The notes under the pieces: model-generated
The model's database searches: none
What the model was told of the DNA's origin: nothing
What the model saw: the letters and a program-made list of their open reading frames with translations, nothing else
In this document: in pieces, positions 1 through 17,121 of the stretch
Numbering within the stretch: the stretch's first letter is position 1
Layout: each line of letters begins with the position of its first letter
Position numbers and translations under genes: made by a program
DNA from: Phaeosaccion multiseriatum
Taxonomy: Eukaryota; Protista; Ochrophyta, other classes
NCBI GenBank assembly: GCA_965112735.1
Contig: OZ218965.1
Span: 1,426,001-1,490,000, forward strand
Reading direction: 5' to 3'
Length of the DNA stretch: 64,000 nucleotides

Positions 1-1282
1 TTGCTTCTCGTGAGGGGAGAGGGCGTGTGCTGTGGTTCAAGCAGAGTCACGCTCGGACGCCATTCAGACACGCCTCTTGACCTCAGGCACACACACACAC
101 ACACACACACACACCAGCCACATCACCAGCTTCGCTGTCGTCTCACACCTTTGTTCAGCAAGTGTCTAGTCGGTCATAAATGCCGGCCGGGGAAACCGAC
201 TTCGCACCTTGGCGTTTGAGCTTTCCTCGGCATGGAACAGAAACAAAGGCCGAATGAGTGTGCGTAGATGAGTGCGAGGCTGGTGATGTGGTGATAAATG
301 GTTCGGTGGTGCGTGAAGAGCGGCTCTGCTTCAATCAAAGGTCATGGCAGGGAGGAAGAGGTGAAGCGTTTCGTGCAATACGTAGACCCCACCAACGAAA
401 CAACGGGCGAGATGGATAATATATGGGTTGTGTTTTGTCTTGTCGCCCAGGCAGGCCAGCGGAGAGACAGGGGAAGGAAGGAAAGGTGACGTGAGTACTA
501 CGAAGCACAAGTTAAAAGAATTGTGTGAATGAAGAGAAGTGTTGCTCTTGTCCCTTGGCACACCGTTCTCCTCCACAATGCGCACTGCGGAATCAGAAGC
601 AAGAAAAGAGACCGCTTCCACCGCGTAGCTTTCCCACGACGAGGTCGTAATGGCGTCAGGGGGTGCCCGGCTTGGGAGAACAGCTCCGAGAGTCGTACTG
701 TAGAGCCTCAGCGAGGCTTGGGCGTTGATGTACAACATTTAACCTATTATATCCTTATTGTATGATATTCAGACTATACAATTACAATTATTTATTACCG
801 TTGAAAAAGAAAAAAGCGCCCCAAGCAATCAATCGACTTGAACTCATCCGCTCATCCATCCCACACTCGTTCCGCATGCCTGCCTGCCTGGCCGCCTGGC
901 CGCCTGGCTGTCAGTGTCGCATCGTCCTTCCTTTCGTCCTCTACATGGATGTGGCAGAGCATTTGCTTTGCCAACATAGGCACGTCCAATCCAAGAACGA
1001 AAAGGGTTGCTCGTGCGACACACAGAGAGGGGAGCAAATGCCACGCATGCCCACTTGAGGGTTGCCCTTCCACCCGAACAGAATCAGAATGAATCCAATT
1101 TCTCCGGCGTCTCGCTCTCGCGTCTCCGCTACGACACGAAACAAATGGAGCAACACCGCCGCCAAGGGAGACTCGCCGCCTGACTCGCCTTCTTCCTTCT
1201 TCGCGTCCTCCTCCCAATGAAGCTCCGAGCAGACATCCACATCCCAGTCCATCCCCTCCTCCTCCCCGCTCCTTCGCCCTGC

Positions 1283-1817
1283 CTACCCGTTACCAGCAGC
1301 GGACACTCTTGGAATGTCATTGTGCTCCGTGCGGGTAGCGAGATCGGCATTCAGCATCTCGATACGCTCCTTGTGAGGTATCTTCACGGCCTCCTGGATT
1401 CGCAGCCTCTCCCTCTCCTTGGTCTGCTCCTTGAATCTCTTTTGCGCGGGCGTCAGGAAGTCGTCGATACTGAGCTCCTCCCCTTCCTCCCCCGCCCCTT
1501 TGCCTCCGCCCCCTCCCTCCCCGCTGCCACCATCCGACCCTTCCGCTGCCGCTGCGGCGGCGTCTCTCTCCTCCTTCTCCTTCCTGGCGGCCTCCTCCTC
1601 GCGGCCCCTCTTCTTCCTGCTCATTCGCATATTACACACACACGAAGGGGGGGGGGGTTGATGATTAGAGAGGGAGGACGGGCTACATAGTGCAGCGTGG
1701 TAGAGGCTGGTGAGACTGCACTTACCCCTTCTTCTTCTTGCTCTTCTTTGTGGCGAGGGAGCCGCCGCCCTTTAGGCTGAGACTCCCCCTCTTGAACGAA
1801 GTGTCTATTCCTGACAT
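1283..1817 (-). CDS. FAM32A: FAM32A/DUF1754-family small nuclear protein, 2 exons (1817-1726, 1616-1283)
   Basis: N-terminal GSLSLKG + Lys-rich stretch and C-terminal LTPAQKRF...HKERIEMLNADL...EHNDIPRVS match the family signature. A GTAAG donor and GCAG acceptor join the exons in frame. Confidence 0.85.
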
Positions 1818-2111
1818 TGTGTGTGTGGTGTGGCTGCAGGCTTCAAACTTTGATCGATGTGCCCCCTCCGAATCCCCCTCCTCAGCGGAAAGTTCTCTGA
1901 AGTCAATGAGAGACAAAATCGATCCGACTTCATCCGACTTCCGTTTCGCCACATCAATAACTTCGCCTCTTGCTAAAGCTTCCTTCTGCCCTTCCTCCCA
2001 TCTATTGACCTGTTTGTTCTCTCCTCCTCCGCCTTGAGAAGAGGTGAAGGGGAGAGGAGAGGGAGGGGAGAGAAAAGAGGAGAAGGAGAGAAAAAGGGAC
2101 CTCGAACCAAG

Positions 2112-6474
<4,363 letters not shown>

Positions 6475-7070
6475 GGAGGGGGAGGAAGAGGGTGAGGAAG
6501 GGAGCGAGCGGGTGAGGGAGGAAGCGAGGAAGGGATTGAGCGGGTGAGGGAGGAAGGGAGTGAGGGGAATGCGTGGAGGTGTGGTCGTGGTGGGCTGATC
6601 TGCGCATCTTTTCTGAGCCTCCACCGCCCATCCGTTGCCATCAATCACTTCATCGCCTATGCCAGCCTTTGGGCGGGGAGAGCCATGATGGGTAGCAGTA
6701 GTTGGTGATACAGCAGCAGTTGGTGATACAGCAGCAGCACCGCCCATGCCTGTCTCACAAGCAGAGACGAACCCGGACCGGTTTCATGGCCGCGGGGTTC
6801 CAAGAGAGAGGTAGGAGGGAAAGGGAAAGCCAACCCCGGGGGAGTGGCACAATTTAGAGCTACCAGTGCTATAGCGTAGTTGATAGTAACCTTACGTGTA
6901 CATTACGATTTTTACTAAGTACTTCGTAGTACGGGGGATGGGGGGAAGGGAGGGGGGGGTGCAAATGTCGTTCGCGCATTGGAATTCGATTTTGGCGACG
7001 CCTCCAGCCTTAACCGCTCGGCCCGGTACTATCCCCCTTCTCTCTGAGCCCCTGTTCTGCCCTCCCTCGT

Positions 7071-9224
7071 ATGAGGGGGGACAGTGGCGGAGGCCGGGTA
7101 CGAGGGAGGCCCAATGTGCCTCCCCTCGACCTCAGCCTCACGGTCTATCACAAGGTACATGCTACCGCTCACAAAAATCCAGACCAAGATCAAGATGAAA
7201 AAGACAATGCCACCGAGAAGCAGCAGCTTCAGCAGAACGGAGAGCATTCCCAAGGCGCCGCACTGCAAGACAAAGACCATCTACCCGAAGATATGGACAC
7301 GTTGGCGAGTGCATGCCTCACTCCTTTGTCCAAGAGCACGAGCAGCTGGGGCTCGGGGGAGTGTAGTGGGAGTGGCACGGGACAGGAGGAAGCAGAAAGC
7401 AGTCACGTTGGAAAAGTCACACCGCAGGCACAGCAGCAGGAGAAGAATGAGCTCCGGGAGCAGCTCCATCAGCAACACCATTTGCAACAGCAGCAGCGTG
7501 AACCACGACATGACACAGGAGTAGGCCAAGGGGGTGGAGACAAGGGTGGGACGGTAGGAGGTACCGCAGCAACAGCAGCAGCAGCAGCAGTAGGGGGGGG
7601 ACTCCGTACGTTTCGAGTCCGGTGGAAGAAGGGCAGGCACATTGGAAGCGGAAACTTTGGAGACGTGTACCTGGGAATGAAGTCCGACACAGGGGAGCTC
7701 ATCGCGGTGAAAGAGATACCAAGGATACCGGGCAGCAATATGACAGAGACGGTGAGGAGACAAAGTGACCAGCAAGCAAGTGTTTGCATTGCACGGTGGG
7801 TGGGGGCTCAGTTAGACTTGATGAACAACAGCGCGATGCCTGCCTTTCGCCGTCCCGTGTGATCCCATCTGTGGCACTGCTTTGTTTTTAGCTCTCCTTT
7901 GTGTCGGAGCAGTTGGGTGTGCTCTGTCCTGCTCTTTGGCGCCTCCTTCCTTTCCCCCCCTTGGCAGCAAGCAGCCTGTGGAGATGTGGACGCTGCTGCG
8001 CAAGACCCGTCTGACTCATCAAACAACGCGCCCCCCCTTCCCTCGGCTGCCGCGCTGCTGCCCACTTTGCTTGCTGTATCACCAACTGCCGCTGTTACTC
8101 TAGATGCGGGTGTACCAGAGAGAGATTGAGGTCGTAAACGGCCTCCACCACCCTCACGTCGTTGGCTTTCTCGGCACAGGTGAGGGAGTGCTCAGTGCTG
8201 TGGCGATTGCGTGAGGGAGTACTGGCGATTGAGTGAGGGAGTGCTGGCGATTGAGTGAGGGAGTGCTGGCGATAGAGTGAGGGAGTACTTGCTATTGAGA
8301 TGTCCACCTTCCCCAGGAACACATACGTACACAAACATCTCCACCTCCCCTTCTCCCTTCTCCCTTCTCCCTTCTCCCTTCTCGCTTCTCCCTTCTCGCT
8401 TCTCGCTTCTCGCTTCTCCCTTCTCCCTCCTCCCTTCTCCCTTCTCCTTTCTCCCTTCGCGCAAGCCACCCCACCCCGCCCCGCCTCTTCCTCCCTCAAC
8501 CCAACGCAGCACGCCAACGTTCCCACTTTCCTTTCATGTGCTGTACATATATAATACATACATACATGCGTACCAACACGCAACACACACCCACGACCAC
8601 TCACGCACGCACCCACCCACCCACACACGTGCACACGCACACGCACACGCACACGCGCACGCACACGCACTTGCTCGCACGTACCTACAGACGTGTCCCC
8701 GGACTCCCTTCGAATCTTTATGGAGTACATCCCGGGCGGCAGCTTGCGTGGCCTGCTCACAGACGTGGGGCCCATCCCTGAGGCGGTTGTGCGCCTCTAC
8801 AGTCGCCAGTTGTTGCTCGGTCTGGCCTTCCTGCACCACTGCGGCGTGGCCCACAGAGATGTCAAGGTAAGAAAAACTAGGTAACGCAGAGACGCAGGCA
8901 CACACACACACACAGACACACAGACACACACAGACACACACGCACGCACACACACACACCTACACCCCCCCCACCCTCACACACACACGCACGCACGCAC
9001 ACGACCACACACACACACACACACACACCCACATGCGCACGCACCTTCACAGGCGGCCAATGTGCTGGTGAGCCAAGAGGCGCGTGGTGAGGTGGTGTTA
9101 AAGCTCGCCGACTTTGGGAGTGCCAAAGACGTGTTGTCCGAGAGTAGCGCCTCTCTCTCGTCAAGATGGAGGCCCGGCCCAGGCACGCCCGTCTTCACCG
9201 CCCCGGAGGTAGGGTAGGGTAGGG

Positions 9225-9306
<82 letters not shown>

Positions 9307-10595
9307 TCTCTAGTCACTAATCCGCACGAAATATCTATCCGAAACTGAACACACCCACCCACCTACCCACGCACGCACCCACGCACCCACGCACCCACGC
9401 GCAGGTCATACGGCAGGAGATCAGCACCGGGGAGGAGTGGCGGCGAGCCGACGTGTGGAGCCTCGGCTGTACGGTGATAGAGATGGCGAGCGGACAGCCT
9501 CCGTGGCAGAGCTTTAGCAACCCGCACGCCGCGCTCATGCACATTGCCACGTCCAACGAGAGGCCTGTCATGCCGCCCTCCTTCAGGTGGGTTGGGGCGG
9601 TGTGTTTGTTGACATAATAGGAGTGAGTTGGGGCGGTGTATCACCAACTGCTGCTGCTGTAAGACCGACGGCTTGCTGCTACGGCTCTCCTTCTGCGCCT
9701 CTCTGGCTGCGTCTCTGCCCTACTGATAGCGAAGGCCCATCCTCCGCCCCTGCCCCCCCCCCTCTCCTCCTGTCGGTCGTCACCCATCTCCAACCGACCT
9801 TCCTACCCTATCCTCCAGCTCAATGGGGCAGGACTTCTTACGGTGCTGCCTGCATCGAGAGGCAAGCCGTCGTCTGACGCCGATGGCGCTACTCCACCAC
9901 CCCTTCGTGGACGGAGCTACCAACAGCAGCAGGAGCAGCAGGAGCAGCAGGAGCAGCAGTAGTAGGAGTGGGGGCGGTACGGATGGGCGAGACAGCAGCA
10001 CCGCCATCAGCACAGTGCTACAGCAGTTTGAGGCTGTTGATATCGTGGAGGGGGGGGCAAGTGTGACAAGCTCGTTGACGTTAGCCAGCGCATCATCACG
10101 TGCCCATGTGCTGCCAACTAGAGAGACGCTTATTGGTAGGGAGAAGGAAACGCGCGACTTCTCCTTCTGTGAGCAGGAGGAGGAGGCGGCGGCGGCGGCA
10201 GGAGGAGGAGGGGGAGGAGGAGGAGGAGGAGGAGGAGGAGGAGGAGGAGGACGAGGAGGAGAAGGAGAAGGAGAAGGAGCGGGAGGAGGAGGAGGAGCAG
10301 GAGGAGGAGGAGGAGGAGGAGGAGGAGGAGGAGGAGGAGGAGGAGGAGGAGGAGGAGGAGAAGGAGCGGGGGGAGGAGGAGGAGGAGGAGGAGAAGGAGA
10401 AGGAGAAGGAGGAGGAGGAGAAGAAGAAGAGGGAGGAGGAGGAGCGGTGGCGGCGGCTGTAGCGGGGCTGGAGAGGCATTTGACAGAGGCCCTGGGTAGC
10501 AGGAAAGGCAATGGCAGCAGCAGGCACGGCCGCAGCGACGTTGTAAGCGAGACGGACGCCGCCCTCATCCGCGCCGCGATAGCGCATCACCTCAA

Positions 10596-10630
<35 letters not shown>

Positions 10631-10635
10631 ACAGC

Positions 10636-10669
<34 letters not shown>

Positions 10670-10671
10670 GC

Positions 10672-10702
<31 letters not shown>

Positions 10703-12683
10703 GCAACAGCAACAACAACAACAACAGCAACAACAACAACAGCAGCAACAGCAACAGCAACACCAGCAACAACAAAGGAGAGAAGAGAGACAAGGAGAAG
10801 GACAAGGAGTCTTACCATGTCAACAAGGCCCAGAGCAGGGCAGGGGCCACCAGCACAAGCATCAACACCGCCCCCTCTTCTGCTCCCACCCGGTCTGACC
10901 TCCTTCAGCCTCACACGCTTCACGTGCCGCCTCCCCCCGACTCGTCGCGACATCGTCTTCAGAGCGCCTCGAGTGAACGTTATCCCAGTCCCTCGCCGCC
11001 CCAGCAACAGCTGTTGTTGCCTTTGCAAGGCTCTCCCCTGCTGTTTCAGAACCGTGGCAACGGCGGCAGCGCGAGCGTCAGCAACAGCAATGACCAGGTC
11101 AATTCCAGTGCGAGTGGTCGTGGTGGTGGTGGTGGTGGTGGTGGTGGTGGTGGTGGTGGTGGTGGTGGTGGCGTTGGTGGCGGTGGTGATGGTGGTGGTA
11201 TTGGTGGTAACAAACGCAAGTACTGTCAACGGCGAAAGACTGTCGACGGCGTTGTGGGAGGTGCTTCTCGGCCAAAGCCCTCGTCCAGCGCGAGGAGGGA
11301 GGATATGAATCACACAAGCGTTGCCATCTTGGCCCAGAGGGAGGGGCAGCAGCAGTGGACAGCAGCAGCAGCAGCAGTAGCAGCAGCAGCAGTTGGTGAT
11401 ACAGCAGCAGCAGCGGGAGCCTCTCCGCGTACAGTCGCCTCTGCCGGACGGGAAGGGCGACGAAAGAGAGGCAGAGTAGGAGAGGCGAGGGTAGAGTCGA
11501 CAGCAGCAGGCTTCGGAAGCGATAAGAGCTTACGAAGGAGTGCTTCAGCACCATCAGCAGCCCACTTCTTCCAAGATTGGGACGGCCCAAGTGCCATCCT
11601 TCCTATCGGGGGAGGAGGAGGAGGAGGAGGAGGGAGGATGGTGGCGGATGGAGGAGGAGGGAAGATGGCAGTGGATGGAGGAGGAGGTGCAGGGAAGGGG
11701 CCCCACAGCCGACCTCCGTTGCCCCTTCTCCGCTCAACAACACCGCGAGGAGACGAGGATCTCTCCGGCGGCGCATGGAACGGGCGCAGCCCCAGGGGGG
11801 CGTTGGCAGGAGGCGACGGTGCGGACAGACCGAGGCGGCACACGGTGAATGCCGCTGCCGCTGTATCACCAACTGCCGCTGCGGAAGGAATGGGCACTCT
11901 GAAGGTGAGGAAAAGCGCAGAGAGAGAGAGGTGTGGGTAGGAGTGGGGTTGAGCGGGGCCGGTCTAGTGCCAGAGACGGAGGCGGAGGGAGGGAGGGAGG
12001 CAGGTAGGCAGGCGGGCAGGCAGGCGGGCAGGCAGGCAGGCAGGGAGAGGGCGAGACATAAGGCGGGAAGGAGGGAAGGAGGGAGGGAAGGGGGACCGGG
12101 AAAGGGACGGAAACCGGGGAGGGAGATGCTTGCTAGTTTTCCGGTCTTTCTTTTGTCTTCCTCGCACACGCACGCACACACGCGCACTCATGCACGCACA
12201 CACGTACACTCACACCCGTCAGTCCCCGAGGGGGCTGGATATCGGACTGGCTTTTGTCTCCGCGAGGCGTAGAAGGGTAACTTCGTCATCCATGTCGCCC
12301 GTCACGCTCCACCGCCGCGCCCAGCCGCAACCGTTGGTGATACAGCAGCAGCAGCAGCAGCAGCAGGGGCTTTCCTCCTTGATAGCAGCGCCTTTGATGG
12401 TGGACGAAGCGCAGGGAGCAGCAGCAGCGGGAGAAGGACGAGGGGGAGGAGTGGGTGAGGAGGCCGGTCATGAGGAAGTGAGGGGGAGAAGACGTGAGCC
12501 ACGCCACAGCGGGAATGTGACGCAGTCCCTCTCCCCGAGGGTGCTTGCCTTCCGCAGCCGCTTCCCTTCAAAGTCACCAAGTTGCTCTGAGCGGGGCAGT
12601 CTTGCGAGCAGCATCGGCGGGAGCAGTCAAGATGGCTTCGGTGAAGCGCCGGCATGTGGGTTTACGGACAGTGAACAGCAGCA

Positions 12684-12730
<47 letters not shown>

Positions 12731-13856
12731 CCTTGCCCTCCTGCCATCGGAGGCAGCGGCGAAAGGAGCGACAGGAGGAGGCCAGGCGACAGCTTCGGCG
12801 AAGCAGCAGCGGTACTCTGAGCCTTCAGAGTCTGCAGAGCTTTGGCAGCTTTGGTCGAGCGACGAGCAAACAAGACGGACAAGGCGGACGGGAGGAGGAG
12901 GAAGGCGACGAAGAAGAAGAACAACAACAAGAAGAACAAGAAGAAGGAGGAGGAATGGACATATGGGGAGTCTCGTGTGGGACTCACCCTATCGCCGCTA
13001 CTGCTTCTGCATCTTCTTCTTCTTCTTCTTCCTCCAGACTATCGATTCGGCGACGGCCGTCCTTCGAAGCGGGGCAAAGCGCAGCAGCCGTAGCAGCAGC
13101 CGCATCGCTTGATTCAATGACGAGGGGCCCCTCCACATCAAGATCTTCGTCTGTGGAGTATCGCTCAGGCGCAGCACGGTCAGGCGGAAGCTTTCCTTCC
13201 CCTGCTGGTGTACCACCAACTGCTGTATCACCATCTGCTGCTGCTGCTGCTGCTGCTCGAGTAGAAATCAGAGAAGACCCGTCCAGTGCCATCGCCTTGA
13301 ACGTGGAACAAGGAGCGAGAGGAGAGGGAGGGGAGGGTGCTATGAAAGAGCTTGTCTCTCCGGTGGCGGCGGTGGTAGAAGACGACTCCTACGATGTTGG
13401 TGGTAGCGAGTACGGGAATAGGGGCCGAGCCGCGAGCAACTTGAGTAATTTTGATGATGTGGGCGATAATGACGAGGGGAGTAGCAACGACTACAGCGAC
13501 GGCGGTGATAAAGACATCAAGGGAGAGAACGTGCGACGACATGCACATCACCAACACCAACACCAACACCACCTCCAGCAGCAGCAGCAGCAGGAGCAGG
13601 AGCAACAGCCGGAGCTGTCTGTTGCGGGTATTGCACGAGGATGGCTCAGTGCGGCTCGCTTCCGACTCGACCCTGACCCTCACTGGGGCAGTGTCAGCAG
13701 AGCCGATGTGGAGGAAGTAGAGCACATCCAGCAGGTCTTCGTGCAGTGGAGGAACAGCAGGAATCGGGATAGGAGCAGGGATCGGAAGGGGGGGGGGAGG
13801 GGGGGTGTCCACCAAACTGAAATGGGAACTGAATCGGAACCTGAAACCAAAGCTGC

Positions 13857-13887
<31 letters not shown>

Positions 13888-16226
13888 GTAATTGTAACGG
13901 AGGAGGAGGGAGAGGATGAGCGGTACGCGAGACGTAGGAGTGGAGAGATGGAGGAGTCTGCTTCTTTGCTGCCCCTCACACTCACCTTACCTAGCGAGGC
14001 AAGTGCAGTCAGCGAGGGAGACACTGCTGCTGTACCACCAACAGCTTTGGCTTGTCCGGGCTTCCTGTCGTTGCAAGGGTCGCCGCCCTCTAAAGCACCG
14101 CGCTCGCCTGATGCACGTTCGATATCATCGCAGCAGCGTGAGCCGAAGCCTGATTCAGCTTCTCATTCCGGCCCAGAGTTCGGATCCGCGTCGGGGTCGG
14201 GGTCAGGGCCAGGGTCAGGGTCAGGGTCAGGGTCAGGGTCAGGGTCAGGGTCAGGGTCGGGTTCATGCACCCTCTCCAGTGGGAGTGAACAAGACTTTAC
14301 GGATGAGACGGACGAGGATGAGGATGAAGACGAAGACGAAGATGAGTACTGTGGCGCACCTCGCCTTGTGCGAGCAGTGGCACACTTCGAGGCCACTGAT
14401 GCCTCTGAACTTGCGCTCAGAGTTGGAGATGTTGTCGAGGTGAGTGAGAGGGTGAGTGAGTGAGTGAGTGAGTGGGTGAGTGAGTGAGTGAGTGAGTAAG
14501 TGTGAGCGTGAGTGAGTGAGTGAGTAAGTGTGAGCGTGAGTGAGTGAGGGAGCAAGTGAGGAAGAGAGTGAAGGAAGGGAGTGACGAAGTGGCGGAGTGA
14601 GTGAGTGAGTGAGTGAGTGAGTGGGTAAGTGAGTGAGTGAGAGGGTGAGTGATTGAGAGGGTGAGTGATTGAGAGGGTGAGTGATTGAGAGAGTGAGTGA
14701 GTGAGTGAGTGAGTGAGTGAGTGAGTGAGTGCGTGAGTGAGTGAGTGAGTGAGTGAGTGAGTGAGTGAGTGAGTGAGTGAGTGAGTGAGTGAGTGAGTGA
14801 GTGAGTGAGTGAGTGAGTGAGTGAGTGAGTCAGTGAGTGAGTGAGTGAGTGAGTGAGTGAGTGAGTGAGTGGGTAAGTGAGTGAGTCAGTCGAACATTGT
14901 CGACGCGGATGAAGAAGTGAGCGATGGACCGACCACCGCGATAGAGCATGTCACAAGTCACAGGGAATGAGTAGAGGACAAAGGGAGGGAGGGACAAAGG
15001 GGGGTTGGGGTGGCTTGATCTCATGCCTGAGGTAGTTTGCAGTTTGAATATAACCCACGCAACACGTAAGTAGTCTTGCTTTGACATACTTCAGTACTAA
15101 TGTTGTGGCCTTACGGTCGTCTTCTTTGTGTGTACCAAAATCACACCTTTGAGCACCCTTCTCCCCCACCGGCCAGGTGATTCGAGAAACCAGGTCTGGT
15201 TGGTGGCTCGGTGTTGTGCTGCCCACATGGAGTGGCGGTGACGGCAGTAGCGGGGCGAGTCGTGAGAAGGGGATGGGGGACGCCGGTGGTGGTGGTGGTG
15301 GTGGTGGTGGTGGTGGTGGTGGTGGTGGTGGAGGAGGAGAAGGAGGAGGAGGGGGAGGAGGAGGGGGAGGAGGAGGAGGAGGAGGAGGAGGAGCGGAAGA
15401 AGCAGAAGGAGGAGGAGGAGGAGGAGGAGGAGGAGGAGGAGGAGGAGGAGGAGGAGAAGGAGGAGGAGGAGGAGGAGGAGGAGGAGGAGGAGGAGGAGGA
15501 GGAGACAGTGTTAATGAGGGTATGAGCACAGGAGAGGGAGAGGTGGGAACGCAGAGGGGGGCGGGAGGGAGAATGGAAGAGGCAGGCAGGCAGCCGGGGC
15601 AGGTGGAAGAGGAGCAAGAGGAGGAGGAACAGGCGGGGGTGGGGGAGAGGGACCAATGCGGCGGCGCAGACAAGCAGCAGACGCAGACCCAGGAGCAGCA
15701 GTTGGGTGTACAGCAAAGAAATGAGGAGGAGGAGGAGGAGGAGGAGGAGGAGGAGGAGGAGGAGGAGGAGGAGGAGGAGGAGGAGGAGGAGGAGGAGGAG
15801 GAGGAGGAGGAGGAGGAGGAGGAGGAGGAGGAGGAGGAGGAGGAGGAGGAGGAGGAGGAGGAGGAGGAGGAGGAGGAGGAGGAGGAGGAGGAGGAGGAGG
15901 AGGAGGAGGAGGAGGAGGAGGAGGAGGAAGAGGAGGAGGAGAAGGAGGAGGAGGAGAAGGAGGAGGAGGAGGAGGAGGAGGAGGAGAAGGAGAAGGAGGA
16001 GAAGACCGAGGAGGAGACGGAGGGGGCCGTGGCAGAAGCGCGTCATCTGATGAAGGGGTGGTTTCCGTGCACTTTTGTAGAGTGGGTGGAGGACCCCCAA
16101 GCGCAGACAGAAGAGTGGGTGGACGACCCCCAAGGACAGGAACCGGGCAGCAGCGGGAGTAAGGAGGGGGGGGATGCGAGGACCGCGGAAGGTGTGCTGC
16201 TTTCATTCCCCTCAGCCAATTATTAA
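7071..16226 (+). CDS. STE11/MEKK-type MAP3K Ser/Thr kinase with long low-complexity region and C-terminal SH3 domain, ~8 exons
   Basis: [84 protein letters not shown]3 parts: [41 protein letters not shown]. Approximate exons: 7071-7751, 8104-8179, 8691-8866, 9053-9208, 9405-9586, 9819-11905, 12223-14439, 15177-16226. That kinase and SH3 belong to one gene is inferred from continuous splicing. Confidence 0.8.
14440..14888. repeat. (GAGT)n array starting at the splice donor
   Basis: Visible GTGAGTGAGT run beginning at the GT donor. Confidence 0.95.
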
Positions 16227-16343
16227 AAGAATAGAGCGAGCTTACAGCAAACACCACAGTTCTCAAGGCCAGTCCGTCTCTCTGCGTCCGATGCCCAACG
16301 AGCCGTCAATAGAAGCAAGTAAAAATCCAAAAATGGAGTTTAT

Positions 16344-16737
16344 CCCTAACCCTGAATTTATGGTCATAAAAATGAGACATTATTTTTTCGAAGGGCCAAA
16401 ATCGAGGTTTCCGACCGTCATTTTTTTGCGTCCTTGGAGTGAGCATTAGAGCTCATTCTTGACTACACCTCCACGTGCGGATGATGCAATCACTGGTCGC
16501 GTCGTCATTTGAGGGCGATGCCAAAAACAGGTTAATGTCATATTCTCGTCGGCGCCTCACACGACGAAGGCATCAGTGGATTGCATCATCCACACGTGGA
16601 GACGTAGTTGAGAGTGAGCTCAAACTCCAATTCTAAGGACGAAAAAAAATGACCGTCGGAAACCTCGATTCCGGCCCTTCGAAAAAAATAATGTCCTATT
16701 TGTATGACCTTAATTATGACATTAATCAGGGTTAGGG
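16344..16737. mobile_element. 394-bp foldback MITE, piggyBac-like (CCC...GGG ends, TTAT TSD), with telomere-like termini
   Basis: Long imperfect inverted arms, e.g. TTCGAAGGGCCAAAATCGAGGTTTCCGACCGTCATTTT versus AAAATGACCGTCGGAAACCTCGATTCCGGCCCTTCGAA. Ends are CCCTAACCCT / AGGGTTAGGG. TTAT at 16340-16343 and 16738-16741. Confidence 0.8.
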
Positions 16738-17121
16738 TTATAGAAGTCAATTCAATAAAATGAGCATGAGGGGGAATATGGTCAACTTCGTGTGGGGGCT
16801 GCGGAGGGCAAGAGCACATCGCATTTCCCTGCCTCCCCTGTCCCCCCCCCCCCTTAAGGCTGCCCTTGCCTGTCCTGCTGCAACTGTTACTGTTGGCGCC
16901 TCCTCCCTGCTCACTCTCCTTGCCGCCACCGGTGCAAACAACAACCCCCCTGTCCTCCCCCGGGCTGCTTCCCTTGAGGAGTCGAAACATCAATCCCACA
17001 GTAATAGCTCCTCCCTCCACCTCACGGCAAGGTCGTCCGACGTCTGCTATCGTTCTATTCTTTCCACCGTTCCATCGTTCCATCGTCCTCGCCTGACCGA
17101 CCTCCATCATCCCTCAGTCCC

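Noticed and set aside
1-1250. Short ORFs on both strands
   Set aside because: No recognisable motif and no consistent exon chain could be built; left unannotated.
1818-2111. Bidirectional promoter between FAM32A and the MFS gene (similarly 49050-49455)
   Set aside because: Plausible from gene orientation, but no specific cis-element can be supported.
6717-6731. 15-mer motif as sequencing adapter contamination
   Set aside because: It shows graded degenerate variants, keeps reading frames open and matches no adapter I recognise. A raw-read check is still advised.
8180-8290. 22-bp tandem repeat GAGGGAGTGCTGGCGATTGAGT (~4 copies)
   Set aside because: Ordinary intronic minisatellite with no spacers.
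14190-14262. (TCAGGG)n telomere-variant-like run
   Set aside because: It lies in frame in an exon encoding a Gly-Ser linker; there is no other sign of an interstitial telomere.
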